Assembly: GCA_964106645.2 (NCBI GenBank)
Contig: OZ067038.1
DNA from: Podarcis pityusensis
Lineage: Eukaryota
DNA length: 64,000 nucleotides
Strand: one strand, 5' to 3'
This document shows, in pieces, positions 1-10,925 of the stretch (the stretch's first letter is position 1; every line of letters begins with the position of its first letter). The notes beneath the pieces are model-generated. The model was not told where the DNA came from and ran no database searches. It was given only the letters and a program-made list of their open reading frames with translations. The position numbers were made by a program, and so were the translations under genes.

Positions 1-1659
1 CTGTCTTATTCTTATGGTTAGCTTACTTTATGAGGAACTGGTTGCCTTCTAAAGGGGGGTGGGGAAGCTGTGGAAAGGAGGAAATGACAAAAAGTAAAGA
101 AAGGGTTTATACTACATCCACAAAGAATGTGTGATTTTTTTTTACCTGGGGAGAAACAAATGCTTCTGCCAGAGCTCAGTCCAGCCCCATCTTTGCTCCA
201 GAGCCATTTCTTCCTTCTCGTTTAGCAAACTAGCATGCATTGCATTTTTAATGCATCAAGAGCATTGCTGTGGATGTGCTTGGGTTGAGGGAGAAAAATA
301 ATATCTCCCCCCCCCCCCATTTTATTGGCTGAGTTAACATAACAAATACTATAAATCCAGTAATTACTAATTGCCTCCTCCATTATAACATACAAAATGA
401 ATCATAAACCTTTTATTACTTTAACGGTGGACTAAAGGATGGATTAATCTTCCAGTAGAGCATTTTTCATATTTACCTGGTTCCTTCTGTCATTGTGTCC
501 TCATTTTCTCTTCCCAGACTCCCTATTTAATGCTCTGTAGTGGCCCCTACTGGGAAAGGTATGCTTGCAACTTATCAGCAGGTTTGGCAACTGGTGATAA
601 ATCTATTTAGCAGCTGGTGGTTTAGCAATTACCCCCTTGGTGGGGAAAGGAAACAAAATTAGGAAGAAATTCTAAGTAACCTTTTACCACTGAGCAAAAG
701 TACATTGCTGTTAGTTGTGGTGAAGGCTTAACAAAGACAAGTGGGACCCTGGGAAAACAAGGATATAAAATATGTAATTTTAACATTATTACAACCAAAA
801 GGCTCTCTGCAGAAATGTAGTTAAACTCCACAGTCAATATGCACGGTTTTGGCATCGTCTACTTTTACCAAGATAGAGTGATAAAGCAGAAGGCCTTAAT
901 TTTCATTGCGAACAGTTTATCTGGGTAGATAAACTGAAGGAATTATATGGTTTGCTAGGTTAAGGAATCAGGACTTGATAATAAGCAGGGGAATGAGTGA
1001 TGATTCCTTTAGGTATTTACAGTGCCTCTAGCATTTCTGATTTTTATCATAATCTTTGCATTACATCCTAAAGGTGTTATTTCAATCAACTAAGCATTTC
1101 TTGAATATCGGACAAGTGGGAAGGTACAACCTCTTTATGAACTTCGCAAATCATGCTGCAGTAGATGACAATTATTTTCCAACTAGCTGAAGCCTGTCAG
1201 TTTTGATGGGCATATCCCGCTTCCCAGCAACCATTGCTGACTTGGGAGGCAGGGAAGCAGATGCTCCAACTGCCTCTGTTCATGGGCCTCTGTGAATCGC
1301 TGTCCCTATCTTGTCCCTATTTCTGAATTTCTGAATTGTTTAATGTGATATGCTAGTGCTGTCATTCAGCTTCCCCCTTTGGATCTCCAGAAGTTAACTT
1401 TCTGTCTCTGAAGCAGATGCCTAGAAGTGCATGGGCATTAACACTGAAGGTGATTTCCAGTGAACCCATAAAGGGGCCATGAAACCTCATGGGCTAGTTA
1501 AGTCACAACCACTGATGCACTGGGCAGGCATTCCCGCTCCATAGTCCATTCCTTTAGCACAGGGATAGGACTGTGGTCCAACTTGCCCACCCATTTGGCC
1601 TGTGGGGCCATTTTGCAGAAGCTGCACCCCCTCACACTACACCCCATACATGACATCAA

Positions 1660-2830
1660 CATATAAACCAACCCAGACCCTGTGCTTGATTTCTGAGGCC
1701 CATCTCTATGTCCCCTCTCCCTGAGAGCTTTGGAGGGTGGATACAAGAGAAATTGTGTCCTCCCTAAAAGAGGGCACGTGTTGTGGTGAGACCTGGAGAC
1801 TGACCTCCTGGTTGTGGGTGGGTCTATTGGATAGCCACAACACCCGATTGGTAGGTCCCCCGTTGCTGGGTTTAATCTGGCCAATGCGGTGCAGTCTAAA
1901 CGGACTGAGGGACCTATATAAACCAATGCACGTGTCCCAGAACTTCCTCTTTTTGCTTGTGCATCGGAACACCTGCCCACCTCTTCCTAATTTTAGGGCA
2001 TTTTACGATTGACCTTGCTATGCCGTCATGTGTTGTCTGTCGTTAGGACAGGGGCACGGCAGGAATTTTCCCCACTTGGCTGATTGGCTGTGGCCATTTG
2101 GGTTTCGCCTGCCACGTAGCAATTCGTCACAACTTGTAAGGTTGTGGATAGGCACTGGTTCAGGTGATAGGGATGGGAGAACAGTCTCGCCATCCCTATG
2201 TGAAGGATATTCCGTTAAAGGAATCCAGGGACTCAACCCCAAGAGGGGGTTGTCCCCATGCCTGAGTCCAGGGGAGCATCTGGGGAGTGAACAGAGTCTG
2301 TTCCCAGGCTTTTCACCTGCCTCAGGTGTTCACCCTTGGCTGACCTATGATAGAGCTCTGGGTCAGCACTACCTGCAAGGGTGTAGGGAGCTAGTCGAAC
2401 CAGAGTCTATGCAACCACTCACTTTTCTGTAATCAATAAAGTTGTGGCCTAAATTCTGCCAAAAACCAAAACTAAAATTTGAGTCAAATGTGTCTTTATT
2501 TAGGGGAGAGGTCTCTGGGTCTGAACATACAATGAGCCTTTTTTATGGTGGCTCCCGCAGAGAAGCTTGCCTGGTGCCATCATTACACGTCTTTAGTTGC
2601 CATGCCAAAACATTCGTCTTTACCCAGGCCATTAACCCTTAAGTAATCTATGGTCTGTTAATGCTGGTTTGTGTGTGTTGTTAGGATTATTTTATTGTTA
2701 TTCTGTCTATTATTATGCCTTTTATTACGTTTGCATTATAGATGCTCTGTAACGTGTTCTTAATGTTGTATGCTGCCCTGGGATCTTTTGATAAAGGGTA
2801 GTATGTAATATGCAGTATGTAAATTGAATC
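1660..2830 (+). mobile_element. Old L2 LINE 3' fragment, split by the insertion at 1754-2530
   Basis: 1660-1753 and 2534-2830 join into the same L2 ORF2 C-terminal/3' sequence seen uninterrupted at 13480-13800 (…gagggtgg…gccttt…gtggctccc…caaaac…ccaggc). Confidence 0.7.
1754..2530 (+). mobile_element. ~780-bp LTR-like interspersed element, copy 1
   Basis: Colinear with the reverse complement of 35780-36567. TATATAAA at 1915-1922, AATAAA at 2435-2440. Flanked by AAT on both sides (1751-1753, 2531-2533). Inserted in an L2. Confidence 0.75.
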
Positions 2831-4797
2831 AATCAATCATCATTGTCAGGTGTGGGAGGGCAAGGGCAGGGCTTCAAAGGAACAACCGGGATCTTAAAAT
2901 GGGAATAGGCTATTGCTGTCCACCCATTGCTCCTTCATGTCAGGATAGTCCCTGGCCTAATCCAGACCCCTGCCCCCACTTGTTTGTAGAGGCACTATAG
3001 GCATAAGTCAATAAGTGCAAACAGCCTCTCCAGTAAGGTGCCAAATGCTAGGCTGCAAGGCGTCTTGGTCAGACAACCATCCCCTCACAATTTATTTTTT
3101 TAATAAGTGGGGAGATTATTTGGACTCCCTTATTTTCAGTGGGCCTTACTCCCAGATAAGTGTGAGAAGGAGAGAAGTCTGAAGAATAATTTAGCGCACA
3201 ACCTGCCATTGAATACACTGTAGAGATTCTGGATTAAATGTTGATAATCTGTTGATAACATATTGTTATTTCCCCCCTAATATATATATGAGAACAGCCA
3301 ACTTCTTGGTTTTTAAATCAGTGGACGGGAAGGCTGACAAAGTATATATTAAGAAAGCTTTCAGTCAACCCAAGAAGAACTGTCAATTGTAATATTAGAC
3401 GGAGTAGGACTCTCAAGGTCATCCTTGGTATGAGAATAAGGGCATGTCCCTGTAGGGAAAAGTCACAGTGGCTCAGCTTGGATGGGGAGAAATATCTCTT
3501 CCCTGCTGAGCAAGGGAAGTTGGATCAGTCTGCCCGTGCTAGACCAAAAGCTTTCCCAGGTCAGGAAAGTCTTTGGCACTGCTATGTTTGCTCGACTTTT
3601 GAAAATATGATGACAGGAATCAAAATTATGCAAAAAAGCTCATCCATTCAACAACTGCCACCACAATTAATTCACAGTAGCCAATGACAATCACGGGACA
3701 GGCCAATTATCATCCACTCAATGACAGATATGGCTATCATAACATCAGTATATGAACATGACTGCGAAAGGCTGATGATCTCCTTCTTTATCTCCACTAC
3801 AATGGATAAACGAAACTCCACCCAGAATCCTTCCAATTACTCCAAGTTGCACAATGAAACAAAACCACTAAGCCTAATAATTCTTAACTGACTGGTAATC
3901 TAGCTGTACCACTGAAGGCTAGGAAGCTGGGAGGGCAAGGAATATGGGATGTTTCTTTTTTGTTTGCACCTTTAGGTTCATAAAATTATAAAAATCCAAT
4001 GCAAATGTTTTTTCAAAAATAAAAGCAATTCACCATAATAAAGAAGCTAAGAATAATAAAATCCAATGCAAAAATGCAGTTTATAAAACCACCAGTAGTC
4101 CAATCATTTTCTCAAGACCTCGACTCGAGAAAAAGCAAAGATACCTATTTAGGGGTATCCTAAGAGCTTCTGGTGATGGGACCCAGTAAACCCTGGAAGG
4201 TAATGCATTACAAACATGCAGGGCTCTTGCAGAAAAAAGCTACAATTCCCAGAGTGATTTAACAATCAATCCCTCTTAACAGGGAACCCTGGGCATTGTA
4301 GTTCTGGGAGGGGAATATGGGTCTCCTAACCATTCTCAGCACCCTTAACAAATTACGCTTCCCAGAATCCTTTGGGGGCAGCCATGACTGTTTAAAGTAG
4401 CATCTTCATGCTGTGGATGTGGGCTAAATCTCTCCATTTTTGCTCAGTGGCATGCCCTCCTTTCCAATCCATCTAACTAGCCTTCACAAGCCTTTTAAGG
4501 CCTATAGCAGCACCATTTTTAATTCACCTTTTTGTGAGGAGGAGAAGGTGGCAAAGACTCTTTCCCACCAACCCTCCCAGGAATCGAGAATTTGCTTGGC
4601 CGGACCTACAGAAAGCTGAGCTTTCTGAAAGAAATAGGGACCTGTCCTATGGGAAAGAAAACCGAGGAAAATACCCAAAGGTGGTGGTGATGGCGGGGGG
4701 TGGTGGTGGTGCGGAAATTAAAAAGAAAGAGAAAAACAGCCCGTCAACATTACGCATGTCTGTCTCAGATGATAATGACGGCTCTAATGATGTGACA

Positions 4798-4810
4798 AGG
4801 TCAAAGTTCG
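4798..4810 (+). promoter_or_regulatory. DR1-like nuclear receptor element (AGGTCA-A-AGTTCG) in a unique CpG-retaining block
   Basis: Sequence gacAAGGTCAAAGTTCGc. It also contains the extended half-site CAAGGTCA. Motif match only. Confidence 0.35.
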
Positions 4811-4931
4811 CAAAGAAAACAGCGATAAAGGACTAACAACTGTCAGAGCTGTAAGAAAAAATAAAAATAAAGTTTTTGTTAATTAAAAGGATTTCTCTCC
4901 CTCCCTCCTTCACTCTCCCTCTGCCTTAGAA

Positions 4932-5071
4932 NNNNNNNNNNNNNNNNNNNNNNNNNNNNNNNNNNNNNNNNNNNNNNNNNNNNNNNNNNNNNNNNNNNNN
5001 NNNNNNNNNNNNNNNNNNNNNNNNNNNNNNNNNNNNNNNNNNNNNNNNNNNNNNNNNNNNNNNNNNNNNNN
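4932..5071. other. Assembly gap (140 N)
   Basis: Run of N. Confidence 1.
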
Positions 5072-5909
5072 GGAGGACCTGCAAGCATTAGGAAATAAAG
5101 GGAGAGGAGGGAAGTGGCAGGGGAGGGGGGGTGGAGGTTGAAAGCGAGTCACCGAGCCTAAAAACGAGGTCTCCAGATTCTGCCGAGGCAAAACAAAAAA
5201 CGGGGAGGCGTGAAGGACACCAAACAACGTGGCCCTTTCTAATCGGCTTCCACAGGCACCTGGACACTTAATTCCCTCAGCTTCTCTTCTACTGGACACA
5301 CACACACACTGTGCATGTGTGTGATGCGTGGCTCAGCCTCTGACAGAGGGTGCCCTCAGAGACCAGGCAGAAAACGTTCTTAATGAAAGCAGAGCCCCAA
5401 GCAGTGAGAGGTGCCATCCGTGTACCCTCCTTTGTCTGTCACACACACACAAAAAAGAGAGAGAAAAAGAACGCAGGCGAGCTTGGCAGGCTTTTGGGCC
5501 TTTCAATAATGCATGAGAGGAATTGCATCCACTCTGATGCCAGGAAAAGGGAAGAGCAGCCGAGAAGGGTTGTGTTACAGTACCCTCAACGCAAATTCGC
5601 TGCCTGTACATCCCCTAGCATGGAGCCTCCACCCCATCCCACCGCCACTGTCACATTTTCCTTCTGTGTGAAGGGCCTTCACCCCACTCTTTTTTTTCTT
5701 TTGCACCTGTAATGGAGCTCATTGCAGCAAGTCTAGATCAGCTGTGCTTTCATCCGGCTTGCGCATGTAATGATCGCTGGAACCAGTGAATTCTGGCCTC
5801 TGATAAGTGTGTGCAAGATCGGGTGCTGCCAACTTTTTACGGCCTGTGGGCACATTTGCAAAGTTGGAGAAACAATTACGGGCATTGCATGCACACCCCA
5901 ACCAGGATA

Positions 5910-6263
5910 AAAAGGTAAAGGGACCCCTGACCATTAGGTCCAGTCGTGACCGACTCTGGGGTTGCGGCGCTCATCTCGCTTTATTGGCTGAGGGAGCCGG
6001 CGTACAGCTTCCGGGTCATGTGGCCAGCATGACTAAGCTGCTTCTGGCAAAACCAGAGCAGCACACGGAAACGCCGTTTACCTTCCCGCCAGAGCGGTAC
6101 CTATTTATCTACTTGCCCTTTGACGTGCTTTCGAACTGCTAGGTTGGCAGGAGCAGGGACCGAGCAGCGGGAGCTCACCCCGTCGTGGGGATTCAAACCG
6201 CTGACCTTCTGATCAGCAAGTCCTAGGCTCTGTGGTTTAACCCACAGCACCACCCGCGTCCCT
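5910..6263 (-). mobile_element. Sauria SINE, full length
   Basis: The minus strand starts GGGACGCGGGTGGTGCTGTGGGTTAAACC (tRNA-like head) and ends in an ACCTTT tail. 14-bp TSD ccccaaccaggata at 5896-5909 and 6264-6277. Confidence 0.95.
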
Positions 6264-6749
6264 CCCCAACCAGGATAGTCATCAGCTATTCCACTAGCTA
6301 CAACGGGGTGCTTCTTTTGAGCCTAATTTCAGTGGTGGAGGGGGAGAAGACCCTGGATGCCAGGGAAGACCTCTGTGGGCACATATGTGCCCACGGGTGA
6401 CCCAATGGTATGCCACCTCCAGTGCAGTCACTGAATTGGCTCAGAAGAGTTTGAGGTGTCTGAACTCTATGACCACATCACATTGTTCTCAGCCTCTCTT
6501 GCTTGTATTTAATGATGGAAGAGACCTGTGCCACCTTTAAAACAAGCAAAAGTGCTGTGGCAAAAAGCTTGTGTGGGTCAGAGTCCACTTTTTCTGATGC
6601 ACCAAAGCGGTTGTGCTTGGTAGGCAACTACATACATCTGGGCATTTCAGGGGGTCTGGGTTGCTTGGAAGGCGACACAAGGACTGTTTTTCATTGGAGA
6701 TAGAGGAATGGTACTTGATCGTCTCTCATGTTACAGAAGCCTGTCGGGC

Positions 6750-7000
6750 ATCCACTAGGAGTCTGGCATTTAGAATTGCTGGTGCCATGCTGTGGGACAC
6801 TCTTCCAGCAGAGATTCGGCAGGCATCCTCACTTTTGATTTACAGGTGTCTCTTGAAGACCTTTTCAAAAAAATGCCAGCAGGACTTTGCAGCCGTTTAA
6901 ATTGTTTTGCGTCCCTTTAATGTTGTTTTATGTTTCGGCATTCTACACCACCCTGATATTTTATGATGTGGCAGTATAGAAATACTTTTATAAATAAATT
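6750..7000 (+). mobile_element. L2 LINE 3' end, degraded
   Basis: Translates as AFRIAGAMLWDTLPAEIRQASSLLIYRCLLKT, matching the L2 ORF2 C-terminus. Ends in an (ataa)n tail. Confidence 0.7.
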
Positions 7001-7931
7001 CCTGGCTCTTTCTCCTCTGTATAGTTGCACAGTGGATATTTCATGAGATTGCAGCTGCCAAGCCAAATGTGAGGATGGATTCGTAGGCACTATGTGTCTA
7101 TTGTGTTCTCTAAAAGCAGGACTTGGCTCTATAAGCCACTGTACAGAACTCAGAGAAGTGTACAGGTTGAAATGACAGTAGTATTAAATATTACCAGAAG
7201 AGCCCAGTTGTTCTTGGGTATACCTCTGTCTTTACACGGTTTGCAAAGCGTCCAGGGGAAAAGAAATGAGACTCGCCCCTGATTTTTCCAGACTAGTTTC
7301 CCTAGTGTAACGCAGAAGCTAATCAGCAACCTGAAAAGCCAGCCACAGAGATATGGTCAGATTCAGTTTCCTGCAGGCCTCTGCCTCCTCCACGTCTCCT
7401 CTCTGTGCCTGGGGTTGGCCACGGTGTAAGCCAGGAGAATCCTTCTGCTCTGGTGCCAAGCATCCGCTGTCTTCTGCCAAGACTCTCCCTGTGTTTCTCT
7501 GGCTGCTGTGTAAAAAGGTCAGATCTAATGAGACAACACCAAGCAGCTGCTTTTGTCTGTTCCTCTGGCACAAGCAATTATGGATGCAATTTCTATTTGC
7601 ACATCAAAAATCCCATAGTGGGAGGATTTTCCAGCTTATGGTGTCTTTTCTGCAGAATCCAGTGCCTGGGACTTACATTCTGCCTGTTCTTTCTGTGTGC
7701 AAGGCTTCTGCAATCTTATCCACGTTTGTTCCCTCCACTATGGATGAAAAACCTGTTTGTTTCTGCCCGGTTCTGTGTATGCTTCCATCCTCCCAAGGCC
7801 CAGTGATGGAGAAGAGCTCCAGCATCAAACAGACTACTGTGGCATCTGTTGTAGAACCAGGGCAGGGAGCTACTTTTGTCCATCTGGCTGGATCAAAAAG
7901 TGGTCAACCTTCTGTGAGCCACACCAGGTGG

Positions 7932-8140
7932 ATAAGAACTTAAGAAGAGCCTGCTGGATCAGGCCAATGGTCCACCTAGTCCAGCACCCTGTTTTCACAG
8001 TGGCCAAGCAGATGATTGCAGGAAACCCCAAAGCAGGACCTGGGCATAAGAGCCTTCTCCCCTCCTGTGCTTTCCAGCACCTGGTATTCAGAGAAGCATT
8101 ATCATCTCCAACTGTGGAGGCAGAACATAGCCATGACTAG
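7932..8140 (-). mobile_element. CR1-type LINE 3' fragment
   Basis: aagaagagcctgctggatcaggccaatgg…tagtccagca motif, repeated at ~21030, 33600-33810 and 54830-54910. Confidence 0.6.
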
Positions 8141-8308
8141 ATTCTGGGGGACATTATTTCCTGTTGCATGATGGCATCATGCTTTCAGATATTATGTAAT
8201 AGCTTTGGTGTAGAGTTGCCTAAAGGGGTTCTTATACAGTGGTTCCACATGTTGCAGTGCTCTTGGAATGGTGCAAATACAGCTTTTTTAAAGTGTTATT
8301 ATATATTT

Positions 8309-8480
8309 ATTTGTCCATGGAGTTTTCTTGGCAGGGATACTGGAGTGGCTTGCTGGTTCCTCCTCCAGGTGGATCACGTTTGGTCAAATCTCTTCACTAT
8401 GACCAGTCCATCTTGGGTGCCCTGTTCGGCATAGTTCATAGCTTCTCTGAGTTATTCAAGCCCCTTTGCCACGGCACGCC
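8309..8480 (-). mobile_element. Bov-B (RTE) 5'-region fragment, inverted relative to the adjacent 3' piece
   Basis: The reverse complement reads GTGGCAAAGGGGCTTGAATAACTCAGAGAAGCTATG…CCACTCCAGTATCCCTGCCAAGAAAACTCCATGGACAA, recognised as the squamate Bov-B 5' region. Confidence 0.75.
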
Positions 8481-8901
8481 ATGAAGGTGAGAGCCGGACC
8501 ATAAAGAAGGCTGATCGCCGAAGAATTGATGCTTTTGAATTATGGTGCTGGAGGAGACTCTTGAGAGTCCCATGGACTGCAAGAAGATCAAACCGATCCA
8601 TTCTGAAGGAAATCAGTCCTGAGTGCTCACTGGAAGGACAGATCCTGAAGCTGAGGCTCCAATACTTTGGCCACCTCTTGAGAAGAGAAGACTCCCTGGA
8701 AAATACCCTGATGTTGGGAAAGATGGAGGGCACAAGGAGAAGGAGACAGCAGAGGACGAGATGGTTGGACAGTGTTCTCGAAGCTACCAGCATGAGTTTG
8801 ACTAAACTGCAGGAGGCAGTGGAAGACGGGAGTGCCTGGCGTGCTCTGGTCCATGGGGTCACGAAGAGTTGGACACAACTAAACGACTAAACAACAACAA
8901 C
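8481..8901 (+). mobile_element. Bov-B (RTE) LINE 3' end
   Basis: ORF 8561-8890 RVPWTARRSNRSILKEISPECSLEGQILKLRLQYFGHL… is the Bov-B C-terminus. (CAA)n tail. 8-bp duplication atatattt at 8301-8308 and 8902-8909 brackets both pieces. Confidence 0.95.
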
Positions 8902-9984
8902 ATATATTTCCCCCCTGACAGGGTCTCAAGGTGGCATAGTGGAAGGGTATCATAATCTAGCGCCCCTCAAACAGCTCACGATCCTGTGTGTGTGAGGAAC
9001 CGACAGGAACTCTGCAGTCCAAAACAATATATCAGTCTACTCTGTAAGTCAAAGGACAAACTCCCATGTTGGAATCTTAAAGAATTAAGCCCAATTATTA
9101 GGCAGGTGAGGCAAAAGTCTAATATTGGGGATTATGAGAAAGCAGTTATTGAATTTATTATTGGTATTGTGTCTCTACTTCTAGGGCACATGATATTTTC
9201 TGCCTCAGGTGTCAAAAGGCCAGCCTTGAGTCTTATGCACCTTGATTCTGGGAGTATGTCTGTGTGTTGGTGGAGGTGGGAAGAAACTTTGGCAGCAAAA
9301 TGTCTTTGGTTAGCCTTGCTAACAAACCTGTTTGGGTTTGTTTTGTATGTTGGTCACAGCCCACTTTTTTAGATTACATGGAAAGTATCCTAGATAGGTA
9401 TCTAGGGTGCAATTCACATGGGTGCAAAGTAAAGTAATAGTGGCCAAAAGGTTAAGCAAGGCAAATTAATACATTCCGTCAGAGTGGGTGTGACCCACTC
9501 TTAATTATGTGTTAATTTCATACTATGGAACTTGGACTTGGCAGAGACCAAGAGTGGCAAGCTTACTGAAAGTAATTGGCTCATTTTAGGTGTTGATGCT
9601 ATCTGTATTGCTATGCTAATTCTGTCACTAGGAGCCACTCACACCCACTCTGATTGGATTTTGCATTCATCTGAGCTCCATATAGGAATGAGAGACCCCT
9701 GGTATTACCTCTCTTGTCTATTCTCTCCCTCTTCCTACACACACACACACACCTAGGAGACCACTTCATGAATCCAAAAAAACCTGTATATCATCATAAT
9801 ATGTATTCGTCATTTAGATGAAACAATATTATTTTTGCTAAAACAGAGTTTGGACTCAAGTTACATATGGCAGTTCTCTTTGTTTAAACACAGGTTTGCC
9901 CAAATCACATATAAAACAGGGAATCTAAATTTCAGAGCAGAAGGGTACTGTGGTGGTGGTGGCAGCTGGCTTAAATTGGGTCCA

Positions 9985-10925
9985 TATAGACTCCCAGATG
10001 TCATGGGGCTCCAACTCCCATCGGCCCCTTCTACCATGGGCCAATGGTCAGGAATAATGGGAGCTGTAGTCCACCAATATCTGGAGAGCCAGAGGTTTCC
10101 CATCCCTGCCCTCAGCCCTCCCTGCACCTACAGGCTATCTCCCTATAACCTCTCTCCTTTCTTTTCTTCTAGCCAATACACTTCTGCTGTTGGATCCCAG
10201 CTCAGGGGGAAGTGATATTTATTTATTCAAGTCATTTTATATTCTGCCTTTCTACATTGGGCTTAACCAATGTGGTGCTCTCCAAATCTTGGACTACAAC
10301 TCCCCTGAACCCTGATCCATCGTAGTAGAGGCTGATGGTAGCTGTAGTCCGTCAATGTCTTGAGGTTGCCACATTGGCTGTCCCTATTTTTCATGGGCTA
10401 TTATTATTTGATAAATCAACATTCATTTTCAGCACCATTTTTACACTTTGCCTCTTCTTTTGCTTCCTTTTTATTTTTGATGGGTTTCCCCCTCATGGTT
10501 TGAGCCCAATACAGCTTATTACCTCACTGAATTCCCCCTGTCTTTCTTCTACAGCAAGTAGTGGAGAGATTGTGAACCTCCATATCTTGTTGGACTACAA
10601 CTCCCATCACTCCTGACTAGGAGGGGGTGATGAGAATTGGAGTCTAACAGCACCTGGAGGGCCATAGGTTTCCCATTTCTGATGTAGAGAGTGAGAAAAA
10701 TAGATGGTAGGCAAACTTCTAGCTCTTTTGGCTTAATGGTTAATACAGTCTCCCCCTGCCCTCATACTTGGCCACAACCTTATACAACTAGGTTAGCCAA
10801 TTTGGTGCCCTTGATAACTTGTTGGACTACAATTCCCATCATCATTGACCACTGGCCATGTTGGTTAAAACTTATGGGTGTTGGAGTCCAACAATATCTG
10901 GGGGGTGCAAGGGAACCACATTGTC
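9985..10925. repeat. Cluster of four ~120-bp hairpin MITE-like repeats
   Basis: Four units carrying ggactacaactccc(atc)…gatgggagttgtagtcc-like inverted arms at ~9985-10110, 10268-10385, 10555-10685 and 10785-10925. Confidence 0.6.

Noticed and set aside
2028-2432. 134-aa ORF with a similar 75-aa ORF at 36064-36291
   Set aside because: The similarity follows from the two copies of the same repeat. The frames diverge after GIQGL, there is no domain motif, and both starts are non-ATG.
4879-5305. ORFs containing long X runs (also near 34150-34570 and 39640-39960)
   Set aside because: Artefacts of translating through N gaps.
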